From Flavobacteriales bacterium (GTDB lineage: Bacteria; Bacteroidota; Bacteroidia; Flavobacteriales; UBA7312): a DNA stretch of 64,000 nt. The stretch is from positions 14,036 through 78,035 of the forward strand of contig JBMHCD010000003.1 of the NCBI GenBank assembly GCA_049890095.1, given 5' to 3'. The position numbers and the translations under genes were made by a program. The notes beneath the pieces were generated by a model that was not told where the DNA came from, ran no database searches, and saw nothing but the letters and a program-made list of their open reading frames with translations. This document shows positions 11,865 through 21,833 of this stretch, piece by piece (the first letter of the stretch is position 1; each line of letters opens with the position of its first letter).

Positions 11865-13526
11865 TCAATAACGGTACAATAAACCAAATTGTAATCTTGG
11901 CGAAAGAGTATAATAATTTTGCCACAATTGATAACCGCCAATTAAATTATTAGCCTTTATGTATGAAGAAAATACTTTACTAAATCGATATTCTACAGAA
12001 ACATTTAAATCAACGAAATCTTTTAGGGAGGTTAAATTATTTATATCTGATTTCGTAACCGATCTATTTAGTTCGCCAAAAACTTTCGCTTGAGTTAATA
12101 TTTTATTTCCAACATTATATTTTGCCGACACTGCACCAGAAAATGTTGGTTTATAGGAATATGAATCTAAATTTTCAAGAGTATAGTTGTGATAATTTAA
12201 ATCTACAATTATCCCTTCTTCATTACCAAAATCCCAATCTATTATTGTTCTAAAATGAAGATGAGATCCATTGTCATAGACTACCTTAAATTTATTGTTG
12301 TAAATAGATTGATTATCTAATTCAAAAAATGGCATTTGATCGACTTTGGCAAAAGAAATTTCAGACGTCATTTCAATTTGAGATGATAACTTTGCATCAA
12401 AACCAGAATAAATATTATATTTTATATCGCTATTTCTAAGAATCAAGCTAGAGTTTCCATTATCTAATGCATTTAAAACGAATGGATTTTCTTTACTAAA
12501 GCTCCAATATGAATTATGTTTTAAACCACCATTTATACCAAAATAGGTATTAAAAACTGATTCAACATTAAAATATTCTAAATAAATATCAGGATAAATC
12601 GTAGTTATAATAGTATCAAGATTATTATTATAAACAATATTTACACCATACTTCCCTTCTATACCATTAAATAAATAGTGATATTTTGGAGCAAATGAAT
12701 AAAAATACTCTTGTGTTTGTGTCGTGTCAAAAGAAACATCATTAGCAAAATTATTCACAAAATAATCTAGCTTTAAATCTAAAGATAAATTATGATCATT
12801 GTATTTTCCATCAAAATTAGATTTTAAACTTATACTAGATTCTGTTTGCTCATTTAAATCAGAAATAGAAACAACTGAATTATAATTTACTAAATTATTT
12901 TTTGTAGAATAAATTCCAATATCTAAATTGGAATATCCCCAATATTGGTTTAAATCAGATGTTGTAAGTTGCAAATCTGGATCAACTCCATAGGAAGTAA
13001 ATTGATCTCCTATTCGGTAAAATCTGGAATATACCGTAGCAAAATCAAAATTCTTTTTAGCAAAAAGATTCAAATTTGTATGACTAGAATGTGCATCCGT
13101 TTTTTCATTATTATAAACACTATTTGCTTTCATGAAAGATTGTCTGTAACCAATTCTGGCACCATAACTTAAAGTTTTATTTCTATCTGAACTATAAAAT
13201 ATATCAAAGTTTGGCACAGCATCATTTCCTATTGCTAACTTTATGTAAGTAGGATATATTTTTTGAATAAATTCTCCTTTTATCTTTGCTGGACTTATAG
13301 TGTCTACTGAAAAAGAAGTGATATATTGTTTAGAATTTAGTAAATAGGAAATACTCAAGGGAATTTTAAACGTATCTTCAATTTCAGGAAAATCAGTAAT
13401 TTTTTTAGAAATAGGTACTTCAGGAATGTAGGATTCTGTTACTTGAACTTCTTGAACCCCAAGAGTATCCTGAGCAAATGATGAATAACTAAAAAAAAGC
13501 AATAATATAAAAAGTCTATTCCTCAT
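11865..13526 (-). CDS. Outer-membrane beta-barrel protein of unknown function (often annotated TonB-dependent receptor-like)
   Basis: Signal peptide MRNRLFILLLFFSYSSFA-Q, alternating aromatic beta strands, C-terminal beta-signal LQFGLLYRY; about 553 aa with no obvious plug. Start placed at ATG 13526. Confidence 0.7.
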   Translation of the reverse strand: MRNRLFILLLFFSYSSFAQDTLGVQEVQVTESYIPEVPISKKITDFPEIEDTFKIPLSISYLLNSKQYITSFSVDTISPAKIKGEFIQKIYPTYIKLAIGNDAVPNFDIFYSSDRNKTLSYGARIGYRQSFMKANSVYNNEKTDAHSSHTNLNLFAKKNFDFATVYSRFYRIGDQFTSYGVDPDLQLTTSDLNQYWGYSNLDIGIYSTKNNLVNYNSVVSISDLNEQTESSISLKSNFDGKYNDHNLSLDLKLDYFVNNFANDVSFDTTQTQEYFYSFAPKYHYLFNGIEGKYGVNIVYNNNLDTIITTIYPDIYLEYFNVESVFNTYFGINGGLKHNSYWSFSKENPFVLNALDNGNSSLILRNSDIKYNIYSGFDAKLSSQIEMTSEISFAKVDQMPFFELDNQSIYNNKFKVVYDNGSHLHFRTIIDWDFGNEEGIIVDLNYHNYTLENLDSYSYKPTFSGAVSAKYNVGNKILTQAKVFGELNRSVTKSDINNLTSLKDFVDLNVSVEYRFSKVFSSYIKANNLIGGYQLWQNYYTLSPRLQFGLLYRY

Positions 13527-16500
13527 CCTTATATAAATTTTCTTCCTCCTCAAACTCAATATCATTCAGAAGGTCAATAATTAAACTTGTTTCTTTTATT
13601 TCAGCTTTTTTAGATTCGAGAGCTCTTACATTAGATAACTTTTCTATAGCATCTTGTCTTACATCATCATTTTCATCATAATTTTCGATAATACTTTCCA
13701 AAGTCGCTATAGCTTGAAAATAATTTTGTTGTTCAACATACAAATCTGAAAGCAGTACAAAACCTTTAGCAATAAAATAATTATTATTAAAGTTTTCAGA
13801 AAGATCAAAAACAATAGCTTCTACCGATTGATAATCCTCTGCTATAAATGATAATAAAGCCAATTGATATTTAGCTTTTGCACCAAAAGAGTTTTTTGTG
13901 GATTGAGATATTGAAGTATATTCTTTTTTTGCAGCATAATACTCTGTCTGACTAAATAAGTCATCTGCTAAAATTAGTCTCACTTCGAGTAAAAGTTGCT
14001 CATCAACTTTATCCATTTTAAGAATAACTTTACTCAATCTAATAATTTCATCTTTAAGTTCCAGCTTCTTATTACATTCGAATAAAGAAATAGTTGCAGA
14101 ACGAATTACCTCTTTATCCTGTGCAATTTCAATTAATTCACTAAAATGCAATGCAGCAATACCATATTGTTTTTCATTAAATTCTATTGAAGAAATTTGA
14201 CTCAATACTCGTTCTTGATATCTACTATCCTTTAAATCATTCAATTGCAAATACTGATCTAAAGATTCACTGATTTTATTTAAATTATATAAAGATTCAG
14301 CAAGATAAAATTGAGCTGTATTTTTAAAAATAGGTTGAGAAAAATTATTCAAATAATCTGAGAGTGAAGAAATTGAAGCATCAAAATCCTGATTAAAAAA
14401 CAAAGACTCCGCAGCTTCAAAAGTAATAGAATCTTGTGCTGATTTACTTACGTTGAAATTAGATAGACCATCTACAAATGACAGATAATCTTTTACGTTT
14501 CCTTCTTCAATCGATATATTTTTATACGCAGTTAATGCTTCTTTAGCTTCAATGGTGGAGGGGTAATTTTCAATTACTTTCCTAAAAAACTCTAACGCTT
14601 TTATATTATTATCTGTATTGTAATAATGTAATCCCAATTTTAACAATGTACTTTTGACTAAAATGCTTGACGGATGATCGTTTAATAATCTGTCAAATAA
14701 TTCTATCCTGTAATCGAAATCTTGATCAGTTTCTTCTGCTAAAATGAATAACGCATCATCATGATATGGAGATTCTGAATACTCATTGACCAAAATCTTT
14801 AATAATGAAACTTGTAAATCATTCTGCGACAATAATCCATGACAAATTACTTGCTGAAAAATAGCATAATCAATATCAAAAATATTTTCAGACTGAGCTA
14901 ATGCATAAAACTCAATTGATCTTTGATAATCTTTAGATAAAAAATAAGAATCCGCTATGCGAAAAAAAGAATCGGCTTTTTTATCATCTAAGATTTTATC
15001 ATTATCTACAAATTTTCTAAACCACCGTATTGCTTCCTTATAATTATTTAATTTAAAATTAGAATAGGCCAATCCATAATAACCATCATTATATTTATTA
15101 GTTGAAATTGAACTCGGATTAAAAATAAATTTTTTATAAGCCAAAATTGCTTCTTCATATTTATGAAGATTGTAATACGATTCAGCCTTCCAATAATTGG
15201 CTAAAGAAGAAAAATCTCCTCCAACATCATTTGAAATCGACAAAGCAAAACTAGTTATTGCTCTTTCATATTTTTTATCGTTAAACAAATTTATTCCATT
15301 AAAAAAGGATACTCTTTGCAACATAAATTGCTGTTCGTAATTCAAAGACTCTAAAGATTGTAAGAATTTAATTGCAGAAGGATAATTTCTAGATGAAGAA
15401 TAAGCATTTAACAAAAAGCCCTCAACTTCATCTTTATTTTGAGATTCAGGAAAAGCTTGTAAGTAATCTTTTATGACATCAATTGCGTTGTTATATGAAC
15501 CTTTGTTTTCAACTGTTAATTTAACATAATTGAAAAAAGCATCTTCTTTTAAACTCAAATCATAGTCTAAAGAAGAACAATATTTAAATGCATTTGCTCC
15601 GTAATTTTTTTTATTTATGCGTACATAACATTCTCCTAAATGATAAGATGCAAATTGTGATAAACTATCTTTTACATCCAATATTTCATCGAAATAGGCA
15701 ATAGCCTGATCGTATTGTAGCAACTTAGAATGTGAATAAGCAAGCTGATATTTCTCTAAACGACTCAAGCCAAAAGACTCTTTGTAGTTATTTAGATATT
15801 CGATAGCTTTTTTATAATCGTTTTTAAAATAATAAGCATCAGCAATTAGCCTATTTAACTCATTATTTCTAGTATGTTCAACACTATCGACCAGAGGAAT
15901 GGCATATTCTAGCAAGTCGTCAAAACGTTTTTGAAAATAATAAATCTGAGCTATATAATAACTGGCTATTTTTCCTAAAGAATTAACCCCTGATAATTGT
16001 TGAAATCCTTTCAAAGCAGTTGCATAATTACCCTCTAAATAAGCAATATGAGCAGGAAAATATTTTACTAATTCTTTAAATCTAAAGTCTGCATCTCTAA
16101 TTTCATAAAAAGCCAATTTTGATTGGTCATATTGCTCTTCAACAAAATTGGCATAAGCTTGCCTAAAATAAAATGTAGTTTTTTGGGTATCATTTAACTG
16201 ATTTACATCCACAAGAGAAGAACGAGCAATTACTCTTGAATACTCTTTATTCATAAAATAAAGTCTTGTCAATTGATAATTTGCATCGTTGATCAAAAAA
16301 CTACTAGAATAATCTTTAATAAACTTTAACAAAAGATATTCTGCATCCTTGTTAAACAATTCTAATGCACAAAAAGCAATTTTATAATCAATCATTTCTG
16401 ACTGATTTTTCGAAATCTCATCACAAGACTTCAACTCAATATAGTACGATTTAGCTAATGAGTATTGCCTTTTATCAAAGAGTTCATCCGCTAATTGTTT

Positions 16501-16575
16501 ATTGCAATCGTAAGCAAAAGAAATTGTGCTACACAATAAGGCAATTAAAATAAACATATGAGACTTAAAATTCAT
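13516..16575 (-). CDS. Large exported tetratricopeptide-repeat protein
   Basis: Signal peptide; many TPR-like units (AYYIAQIYY, YHLGECY, YWKAESYY, FRIADSYF, LKLGLHYY, FYLAESLY); acidic C-terminus. Confidence 0.9.
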   Translation of the reverse strand: MNFKSHMFILIALLCSTISFAYDCNKQLADELFDKRQYSLAKSYYIELKSCDEISKNQSEMIDYKIAFCALELFNKDAEYLLLKFIKDYSSSFLINDANYQLTRLYFMNKEYSRVIARSSLVDVNQLNDTQKTTFYFRQAYANFVEEQYDQSKLAFYEIRDADFRFKELVKYFPAHIAYLEGNYATALKGFQQLSGVNSLGKIASYYIAQIYYFQKRFDDLLEYAIPLVDSVEHTRNNELNRLIADAYYFKNDYKKAIEYLNNYKESFGLSRLEKYQLAYSHSKLLQYDQAIAYFDEILDVKDSLSQFASYHLGECYVRINKKNYGANAFKYCSSLDYDLSLKEDAFFNYVKLTVENKGSYNNAIDVIKDYLQAFPESQNKDEVEGFLLNAYSSSRNYPSAIKFLQSLESLNYEQQFMLQRVSFFNGINLFNDKKYERAITSFALSISNDVGGDFSSLANYWKAESYYNLHKYEEAILAYKKFIFNPSSISTNKYNDGYYGLAYSNFKLNNYKEAIRWFRKFVDNDKILDDKKADSFFRIADSYFLSKDYQRSIEFYALAQSENIFDIDYAIFQQVICHGLLSQNDLQVSLLKILVNEYSESPYHDDALFILAEETDQDFDYRIELFDRLLNDHPSSILVKSTLLKLGLHYYNTDNNIKALEFFRKVIENYPSTIEAKEALTAYKNISIEEGNVKDYLSFVDGLSNFNVSKSAQDSITFEAAESLFFNQDFDASISSLSDYLNNFSQPIFKNTAQFYLAESLYNLNKISESLDQYLQLNDLKDSRYQERVLSQISSIEFNEKQYGIAALHFSELIEIAQDKEVIRSATISLFECNKKLELKDEIIRLSKVILKMDKVDEQLLLEVRLILADDLFSQTEYYAAKKEYTSISQSTKNSFGAKAKYQLALLSFIAEDYQSVEAIVFDLSENFNNNYFIAKGFVLLSDLYVEQQNYFQAIATLESIIENYDENDDVRQDAIEKLSNVRALESKKAEIKETSLIIDLLNDIEFEEEENLYKDEE

Positions 16576-16695
16576 GTGCTTTTTTAAATTTTAGCTAATT
16601 TATCAAACAAAAAATTTACTAATCGCAAGTATAAAATAAGTTATTAACAGTATAGTTGTGCATAAAGAAGAATTGATGCTCTTACTAAAAAAAAT

Positions 16696-16703
16696 TAAAT
16701 TTG
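16696..16703 (+). promoter_or_regulatory. -7 promoter box (TAAATTTG) for the ftsE-glycosyltransferase unit
   Basis: TAnnTTTG match 21 nt upstream of ATG 16725. Confidence 0.55.
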
Positions 16704-16724
16704 TTCAAGAAAAGATTATTCTAC

Positions 16725-17390
16725 ATGTATCAAATTATTGTAAAGCACGTTGATATAAAACATAAAAAACATCCAATTCTTTCCGATGTAAATTTTTCTG
16801 TCCAGGCATCTGAATTTGTATATTTAATCGGTTCCACAGGAAGTGGAAAAAGTAGTCTATTAAAAACACTGTACGGAGAACTTCCGTTACAAAATGGAAC
16901 TATTGATATTGCTGGTTATCAAATTTTTGGATTAAAGAAAAAAGACATCCCTTTTCTAAGAAGAAAAATAGGTATCGTTTTCCAAGATTTTCAACTACTT
17001 ACTGATCGTTCCGTTTTTGAAAACCTATCCTTTGTTTTAAAAGCAACTGGATGGAAAGATAATAGTAAAATTCAGAGTCAAATCGAAAAAGTTTTGGAAA
17101 AAGTTGAAATGAACAAACATGTAAATAAAATGCCACACGAACTTTCTGGAGGAGAGAAGCAACGCATTTGTATAGCAAGAGCATTACTTAATGACCCTGA
17201 GATTATTTTAGCAGACGAACCAACTGGAAATTTAGACCCTACTACAACAAAAAAAATTCTAGAATTATTGCATCAATTATGCAAGGATGGATGCTCAGTA
17301 CTTATGGCAACTCACGAGCACAACTTATTAGATTTGTTCCCTTCAAAAATTATTGAATGTAAAGAAGGAAAATTAATACATGTCAGTTAA
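16725..17390 (+). CDS. ftsE: Cell-division ABC ATPase FtsE-like
   Basis: GSTGSGKS Walker A, IPFLRRKIGIVFQDFQLL (FtsE-typical), LSGGE, LADEPTGNLD, MATHE; ATG 16725 preferred over TTG 16701. Confidence 0.85.
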   Translation: MYQIIVKHVDIKHKKHPILSDVNFSVQASEFVYLIGSTGSGKSSLLKTLYGELPLQNGTIDIAGYQIFGLKKKDIPFLRRKIGIVFQDFQLLTDRSVFENLSFVLKATGWKDNSKIQSQIEKVLEKVEMNKHVNKMPHELSGGEKQRICIARALLNDPEIILADEPTGNLDPTTTKKILELLHQLCKDGCSVLMATHEHNLLDLFPSKIIECKEGKLIHVS

Positions 17391-17396
17391 GCATAA

Positions 17397-18509
17397 TTGA
17401 AAGAAAATCATTTACATATTATTGCTTTAAATATACCCTACCCAGACAATTATGGGGGTGTGATTGACATATTTCAAAAAATAAAAGCACTTAAAAAAGC
17501 TAATATACTTATTCATCTTCACTGTTTTGAGTACAACAGAAAAAGAAGCCCTAAATTAAATGTGCTTTGTGAATCAGTACATTATTACAAAAGAAATATT
17601 CACTGGAAATATTTATTATCTCCATTACCATTTATCGTAAAAACAAGAAATAATTCAGACTTGATCAGTCGACTTTTAGAAGATGATTACCCTATTCTTT
17701 TTGAAGGAATTCATACTAGCTTTTGGTCAAAAGACAAACGTCTTAAAAACAGGTTAAAAATCCTTAGAAGTCATAACATTGAACACGATTATTACAAGGC
17801 TCTCTACAATGCAGAAAAACATTTTTTTAAAAAATACTTTTACTTTTTAGAGTATCTAAAACTTAAAAAATTTGAAGTTAAGCTTAATCATTTTCATTCA
17901 ACATTTGCAATTTCTGAAAAAGACAAAGCATTTTTTTCTAGATATAACAATACCTTTTTAATAAAGGCATTTCATAAACAACACAAAATTGAAAACTATA
18001 AAGGTTTAGGAAAGTATGCTGTTTTTCATGGAAATTTAGAAGTTTTAGAAAATCAAAATGCCGCTTTATTTTTCATAAAAGAAGTATTTAACGATCTTAA
18101 GTTTCCTTTAATTATAGCTGGTAAAAACCCGTCAAGTTTTCTAATTGATTTGAGTGAAAAGTACGACCATATCACCATAATCGAAAATCCAAGCGATGAG
18201 GAATTAGATAATCTAATTAAAAATGCTCAAATAAATGTTTTGAGAACAGAACAAGATACTGGAGTAAAACTCAAACTTTTAAAAGCTCTATTTATTGGTA
18301 GACATTGTTTACTAAACAATTTAATGCTTTCTGATAAAAGTTTAACATCACTATGTCATATTGCGAATACAGTTCAAGAATGGAAAGAAAAAATTAACTT
18401 CCTAAAAACAAAGCCTTTTGACGAATTAGAAATTGAAAAAAGAAAACTACACTTAACTACAATGAGCAATGCTGAAGAAGCACAAAAAATAAAGAATATT
18501 ATTTTCTAA
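17397..18509 (+). CDS. Glycosyltransferase, GT-B fold (GT4-like)
   Basis: PYPDNYGGVID N-terminus, RSHNIEHDYY, IIAGKNPS, TGVKLKLLKAL. Confidence 0.8.
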   Translation: MKENHLHIIALNIPYPDNYGGVIDIFQKIKALKKANILIHLHCFEYNRKRSPKLNVLCESVHYYKRNIHWKYLLSPLPFIVKTRNNSDLISRLLEDDYPILFEGIHTSFWSKDKRLKNRLKILRSHNIEHDYYKALYNAEKHFFKKYFYFLEYLKLKKFEVKLNHFHSTFAISEKDKAFFSRYNNTFLIKAFHKQHKIENYKGLGKYAVFHGNLEVLENQNAALFFIKEVFNDLKFPLIIAGKNPSSFLIDLSEKYDHITIIENPSDEELDNLIKNAQINVLRTEQDTGVKLKLLKALFIGRHCLLNNLMLSDKSLTSLCHIANTVQEWKEKINFLKTKPFDELEIEKRKLHLTTMSNAEEAQKIKNIIF

Positions 18510-19572
18510 CTTTTTCAAAAATTGTTTTCAATACTTTTTCCTCATTTTGCCAATTAAGTTCTTCTTTAGCTTTAGTATATAAAGTAGGATTTATTTTTTG
18601 TTGGTATAACTCCTTTATTTGCTTTGCAAATTTTTGAGGGCATCGATCCTCCAATAACATACCAATTGAATATTTTTCAACTATATTTTTAACCTCCAAA
18701 AGAGGTGATGCAATAAATTTTAAATCGGAATGTATATAATCAAAAAGTTTATTTGGCAGACTATAACTAAAACTCAGTCCAATTGGCTGCTCTAATAACA
18801 ACCCTATAGAAGCCTTAGAAGTATACATTTTTAATTTTTCAAAAGGAACTTCTCCTACAAACTGTATTTGATCCAAAACATTTTTAGACTTTGCTATTTT
18901 TTTTAAATGGTCGAATCCTCCACCAACAATAATTAGTTTAAAATCCGGTAAAAACTCAAGACCTTCAACAGCAAGCTCTAAGCCTCTTCCTTTATTATAA
19001 TTACCTTGAAAAATTAATATTTTCTGATTTGATGTAGTAGTCGAGTAATTCGTAAGAAAAGGCACATTTCGAACAACACTCATTTCTACTGCATATTTTT
19101 CATGATAAAATTTAGCCAGCAAATTACATACCGTATAACTATAATCGACTTTTGGCAATAAAAAAGTCTCTAAAAGATGCCAAACTTTCTTTACATTCGG
19201 ACGATTTAAAAGCTCTGGTGATTCAGAAAAAATCTCGTGAGCATCAAAAATTATTTTTTTCGATTTTATTTTTGCAATCAAAAAATTTGGCAGTAAAGTA
19301 TCCAAATCATTACTCAACAGGTAATTAGACTTATTGAATATTAAATATGTAAATAACTTTAAACTATATTCTAAATAGAACAGCGGGCCTTTAGAAAACA
19401 ACATCTTAAATCGATATGTTGAATAATTTCTATTTAATTTTTTACTATTGTTTTTAAGAAATCCAACTAAATGAACATCAAACCCCATATCCAACAGAGT
19501 AGTACATACTTTATGAACGCGCTGATCGGTGCTCAAATCATTTGTTACAGATACAATAATCTTATTTGACAT
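18499..19572 (-). CDS. Glycosyltransferase family 4
   Basis: TNDLSTDQRVHK, IIFDAHEIFSE, FQGNYNKGRGLE, YSLPNKLFDY. Confidence 0.85.
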   Translation of the reverse strand: MSNKIIVSVTNDLSTDQRVHKVCTTLLDMGFDVHLVGFLKNNSKKLNRNYSTYRFKMLFSKGPLFYLEYSLKLFTYLIFNKSNYLLSNDLDTLLPNFLIAKIKSKKIIFDAHEIFSESPELLNRPNVKKVWHLLETFLLPKVDYSYTVCNLLAKFYHEKYAVEMSVVRNVPFLTNYSTTTSNQKILIFQGNYNKGRGLELAVEGLEFLPDFKLIIVGGGFDHLKKIAKSKNVLDQIQFVGEVPFEKLKMYTSKASIGLLLEQPIGLSFSYSLPNKLFDYIHSDLKFIASPLLEVKNIVEKYSIGMLLEDRCPQKFAKQIKELYQQKINPTLYTKAKEELNWQNEEKVLKTIFEKVRK

Positions 19573-19623
19573 CAGAACAACGAAAATAATAAAATAGAAT
19601 AAGCAAAAACAATAAGTATTTTC

Positions 19624-19631
19624 TAAATTTG
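19624..19631 (+). promoter_or_regulatory. -7 promoter box (TAAATTTG) for murB
   Basis: TAnnTTTG match 4 nt upstream of ATG 19636. Confidence 0.6.
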
Positions 19632-19635
19632 AATT

Positions 19636-20637
19636 ATGATTTTACAAGATTATGACTTAAGTAATTTAAACACTTTTTCCATTAAAGCAAAAAGTAAATA
19701 TTTTGCGGTTTTTAAATCAGAAAGTGAACTAAAAAAGTTAGTTAAAAGTTGTATTAAGCCATTTCTTACATTAGGCGGTGGGAGTAATATTTTACTTACT
19801 AAAAACTTTGATGGTACAGTTCTAAAAAATGAAATTGATCAAATCTCAATTATTAAAGATAAAGAAGAATCGGTAATAGTTAAAGTTGGCGCTGGAGTGC
19901 CATGGCACGATTTTGTTTTATGGGCAATTGAACAAAACTATGGCGGAGTAGAAAACATGTCTCTAATTCCTGGAAGTACTGGAGCTGCACCGATGCAGAA
20001 TATTGGTGCCTATGGAGTAGAATTAGAATCCGTTTTTTATTCTTTGGAGGCTGTAAATATTGATACTGCAGAAACAAAAACTTTTCATAAAAAAGAATGT
20101 GACTTTGGCTATAGATATTCGGTATTCAAAGGACCTCTAAAAGGGAAATATATTATAACTTATGTGAGTTTCGAATTACAAAAAAAACACACTTACAACA
20201 CTTCATATGGCGCTTTAGAAGAGAAATTAAAAAGGAATAATACTTCTCTTTCAATTCGCAGTATTAGCAATGCTATTATTGAAATTAGGCAGGCAAAACT
20301 GCCTGATCCAAAAATAATTGGGAATGGTGGAAGTTTTTTTAAGAATCCAGTAATTGACAACTCTCATTTTGAAAAATTAAAAAGTAAATATCCAGATATT
20401 GTTGGATACCCAGTTTCAAATAGCCAAACTAAAGTTGCTGCAGGTTGGCTAATAGATCGTGCTGGATGGAAGGGTCATCGAGAGGGAGATGCTGGAGTAC
20501 ATAAAAATCAAGCATTAGTTTTAGTAAACTTTCAAAATGCAAAAGGAAAAGAAATTTTAATCCTTTCACAAAAAATACAAAAATCAATAAAAGAAAAATA
20601 CGATATCGATCTAGAAAGAGAGGTAAATGTATTATAA
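19636..20637 (+). CDS. murB: UDP-N-acetylenolpyruvoylglucosamine reductase
   Basis: LGGGSNIL, LIPGSTGAAPMQNIGAYG, FGYRYSVFK, GNGGSFFKNP, HKNQALVLVN, LEREV. Confidence 0.97.
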   Translation: MILQDYDLSNLNTFSIKAKSKYFAVFKSESELKKLVKSCIKPFLTLGGGSNILLTKNFDGTVLKNEIDQISIIKDKEESVIVKVGAGVPWHDFVLWAIEQNYGGVENMSLIPGSTGAAPMQNIGAYGVELESVFYSLEAVNIDTAETKTFHKKECDFGYRYSVFKGPLKGKYIITYVSFELQKKHTYNTSYGALEEKLKRNNTSLSIRSISNAIIEIRQAKLPDPKIIGNGGSFFKNPVIDNSHFEKLKSKYPDIVGYPVSNSQTKVAAGWLIDRAGWKGHREGDAGVHKNQALVLVNFQNAKGKEILILSQKIQKSIKEKYDIDLEREVNVL

Positions 20638-20676
20638 CTAACTTTTAATTAGATTTTTTAGATCTACTACAATAAT

Positions 20677-20709
20677 AAAAAAAGCAACTTTTAAAAAGTT
20701 GCTTTTTTT
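20677..20709. terminator. Bidirectional terminator between murB and tRNA-Leu
   Basis: A7-GCAACTTT-TAA-AAAGTTGC-T7. Confidence 0.8.
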
Positions 20710-20793
20710 GGTGCGGATGAAGGGAGTCGAACCCCCACGCCTCGCGGCACTAGATCCTAAGTCTAGCGTGTCTACCAATTCCACCACATCCGC
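20709..20793 (-). tRNA. tRNA-Leu (anticodon TAG), CCA encoded
   Basis: Reverse complement GCGGATGTGGTGGAATTGGTAGACACGCTAGACTTAGGATCTAGTGCCGCGAGGCGTGGGGGTTCGACTCCCTTCATCCGCACCA; long variable arm; promoter box TATATTTG at 20807-20814. Confidence 0.97.
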
Positions 20794-20927
20794 AAAAATT
20801 GGAATGCAAATATAATTTTTTTTAATGTGTACAATTAGTTATCAAAAAAAAAATTTAATTATTGTAAAATTTAGGCTTGTATATATCAAAATATTACTTT
20901 TGTGATAAGTACTACACATTTAACATT

Positions 20928-21833
20928 ATGCTTAAAATAAACCCAAGAGATATTCCTGTTGCTCAGCTACATGGCTATTTATTAGGATCAGTAGGACCAA
21001 GACCGATTGCCTTAGCAAGTACCATAGATAAAAATGGTATTCCAAATTTAAGTCCATTTAGTTTTTTCAATGTCTTCAGTTCAAACCCTCCTATTGCTAT
21101 TTTTTCTCCAGCAAGAAGAGTACGCAACAATACCACAAAACATACACTCGATAATGTTTTAAACAATAAAGAAGTGGTTATAAATGTAGTTAGTCAGGAA
21201 ATTGTTCAGCAAACATCACTGTCTAGTACTGAATATGAAAATGGCATTAACGAATTTGTAAAGTCTGGATTAACTGCTATAAAATCGGAAACCATAACAC
21301 CTTTTAGAGTTAAAGAATCTCCTGTTCAAATGGAATGTATTGTTAATGATGTTATTGAACTTGGAGACCAAGGTGGAGCAGGAAATTTAGTAGTATGTGA
21401 AATAAAAATGATTCACATTAATGAAGATATTCTTGATGATGAAGGAATTATTGATCCAAATAAAATTAAATTAGTCGGACGCATGGGTGGAAACTGGTAT
21501 TGTAAAACTACCAACGAATCTATCTTTGAAGTTGTTAAACCTATCCGTAATTTAGGTATTGGTGTTGATCAGATTCCTAAACGAATTAAAAATAGCTATA
21601 TTCTTAGTGGAAATGATTTAGGTATGCTAGGAAATATAGAAGCCTTACCTACTATCGAAGAGGTTGAAGAATACAAAAAAGAAAACTACACTATAAATGA
21701 AATATTAAATTTTAGTAGTGAAGATGAAGAAGCAAGAGAAGGACTTCATGTAAGAGCAAAAGAATTATTAAGTCAAGGCAAAATAGAAAATGCCTGGAAA
21801 ACATTATTGATTGATAAATTAAATAGATTATGA
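20928..21833 (+). CDS. Flavin reductase family protein (DIM6/NTAB) with C-terminal extension
   Basis: GSVGPRPIALAST, NLSPFSFFN, PFRVKESPVQMEC, VGRMGGNWY; ATG 20928 preferred; promoter box TACTTTTG at 20895-20902. Confidence 0.88.
   Translation: MLKINPRDIPVAQLHGYLLGSVGPRPIALASTIDKNGIPNLSPFSFFNVFSSNPPIAIFSPARRVRNNTTKHTLDNVLNNKEVVINVVSQEIVQQTSLSSTEYENGINEFVKSGLTAIKSETITPFRVKESPVQMECIVNDVIELGDQGGAGNLVVCEIKMIHINEDILDDEGIIDPNKIKLVGRMGGNWYCKTTNESIFEVVKPIRNLGIGVDQIPKRIKNSYILSGNDLGMLGNIEALPTIEEVEEYKKENYTINEILNFSSEDEEAREGLHVRAKELLSQGKIENAWKTLLIDKLNRL

Noticed and set aside
20640-20930. tRNA-Leu (and tRNA-Met at 63229) as island integration sites
   Set aside because: Flanking genes are housekeeping; no integrase, duplicated tRNA 3' end or compositional shift seen.
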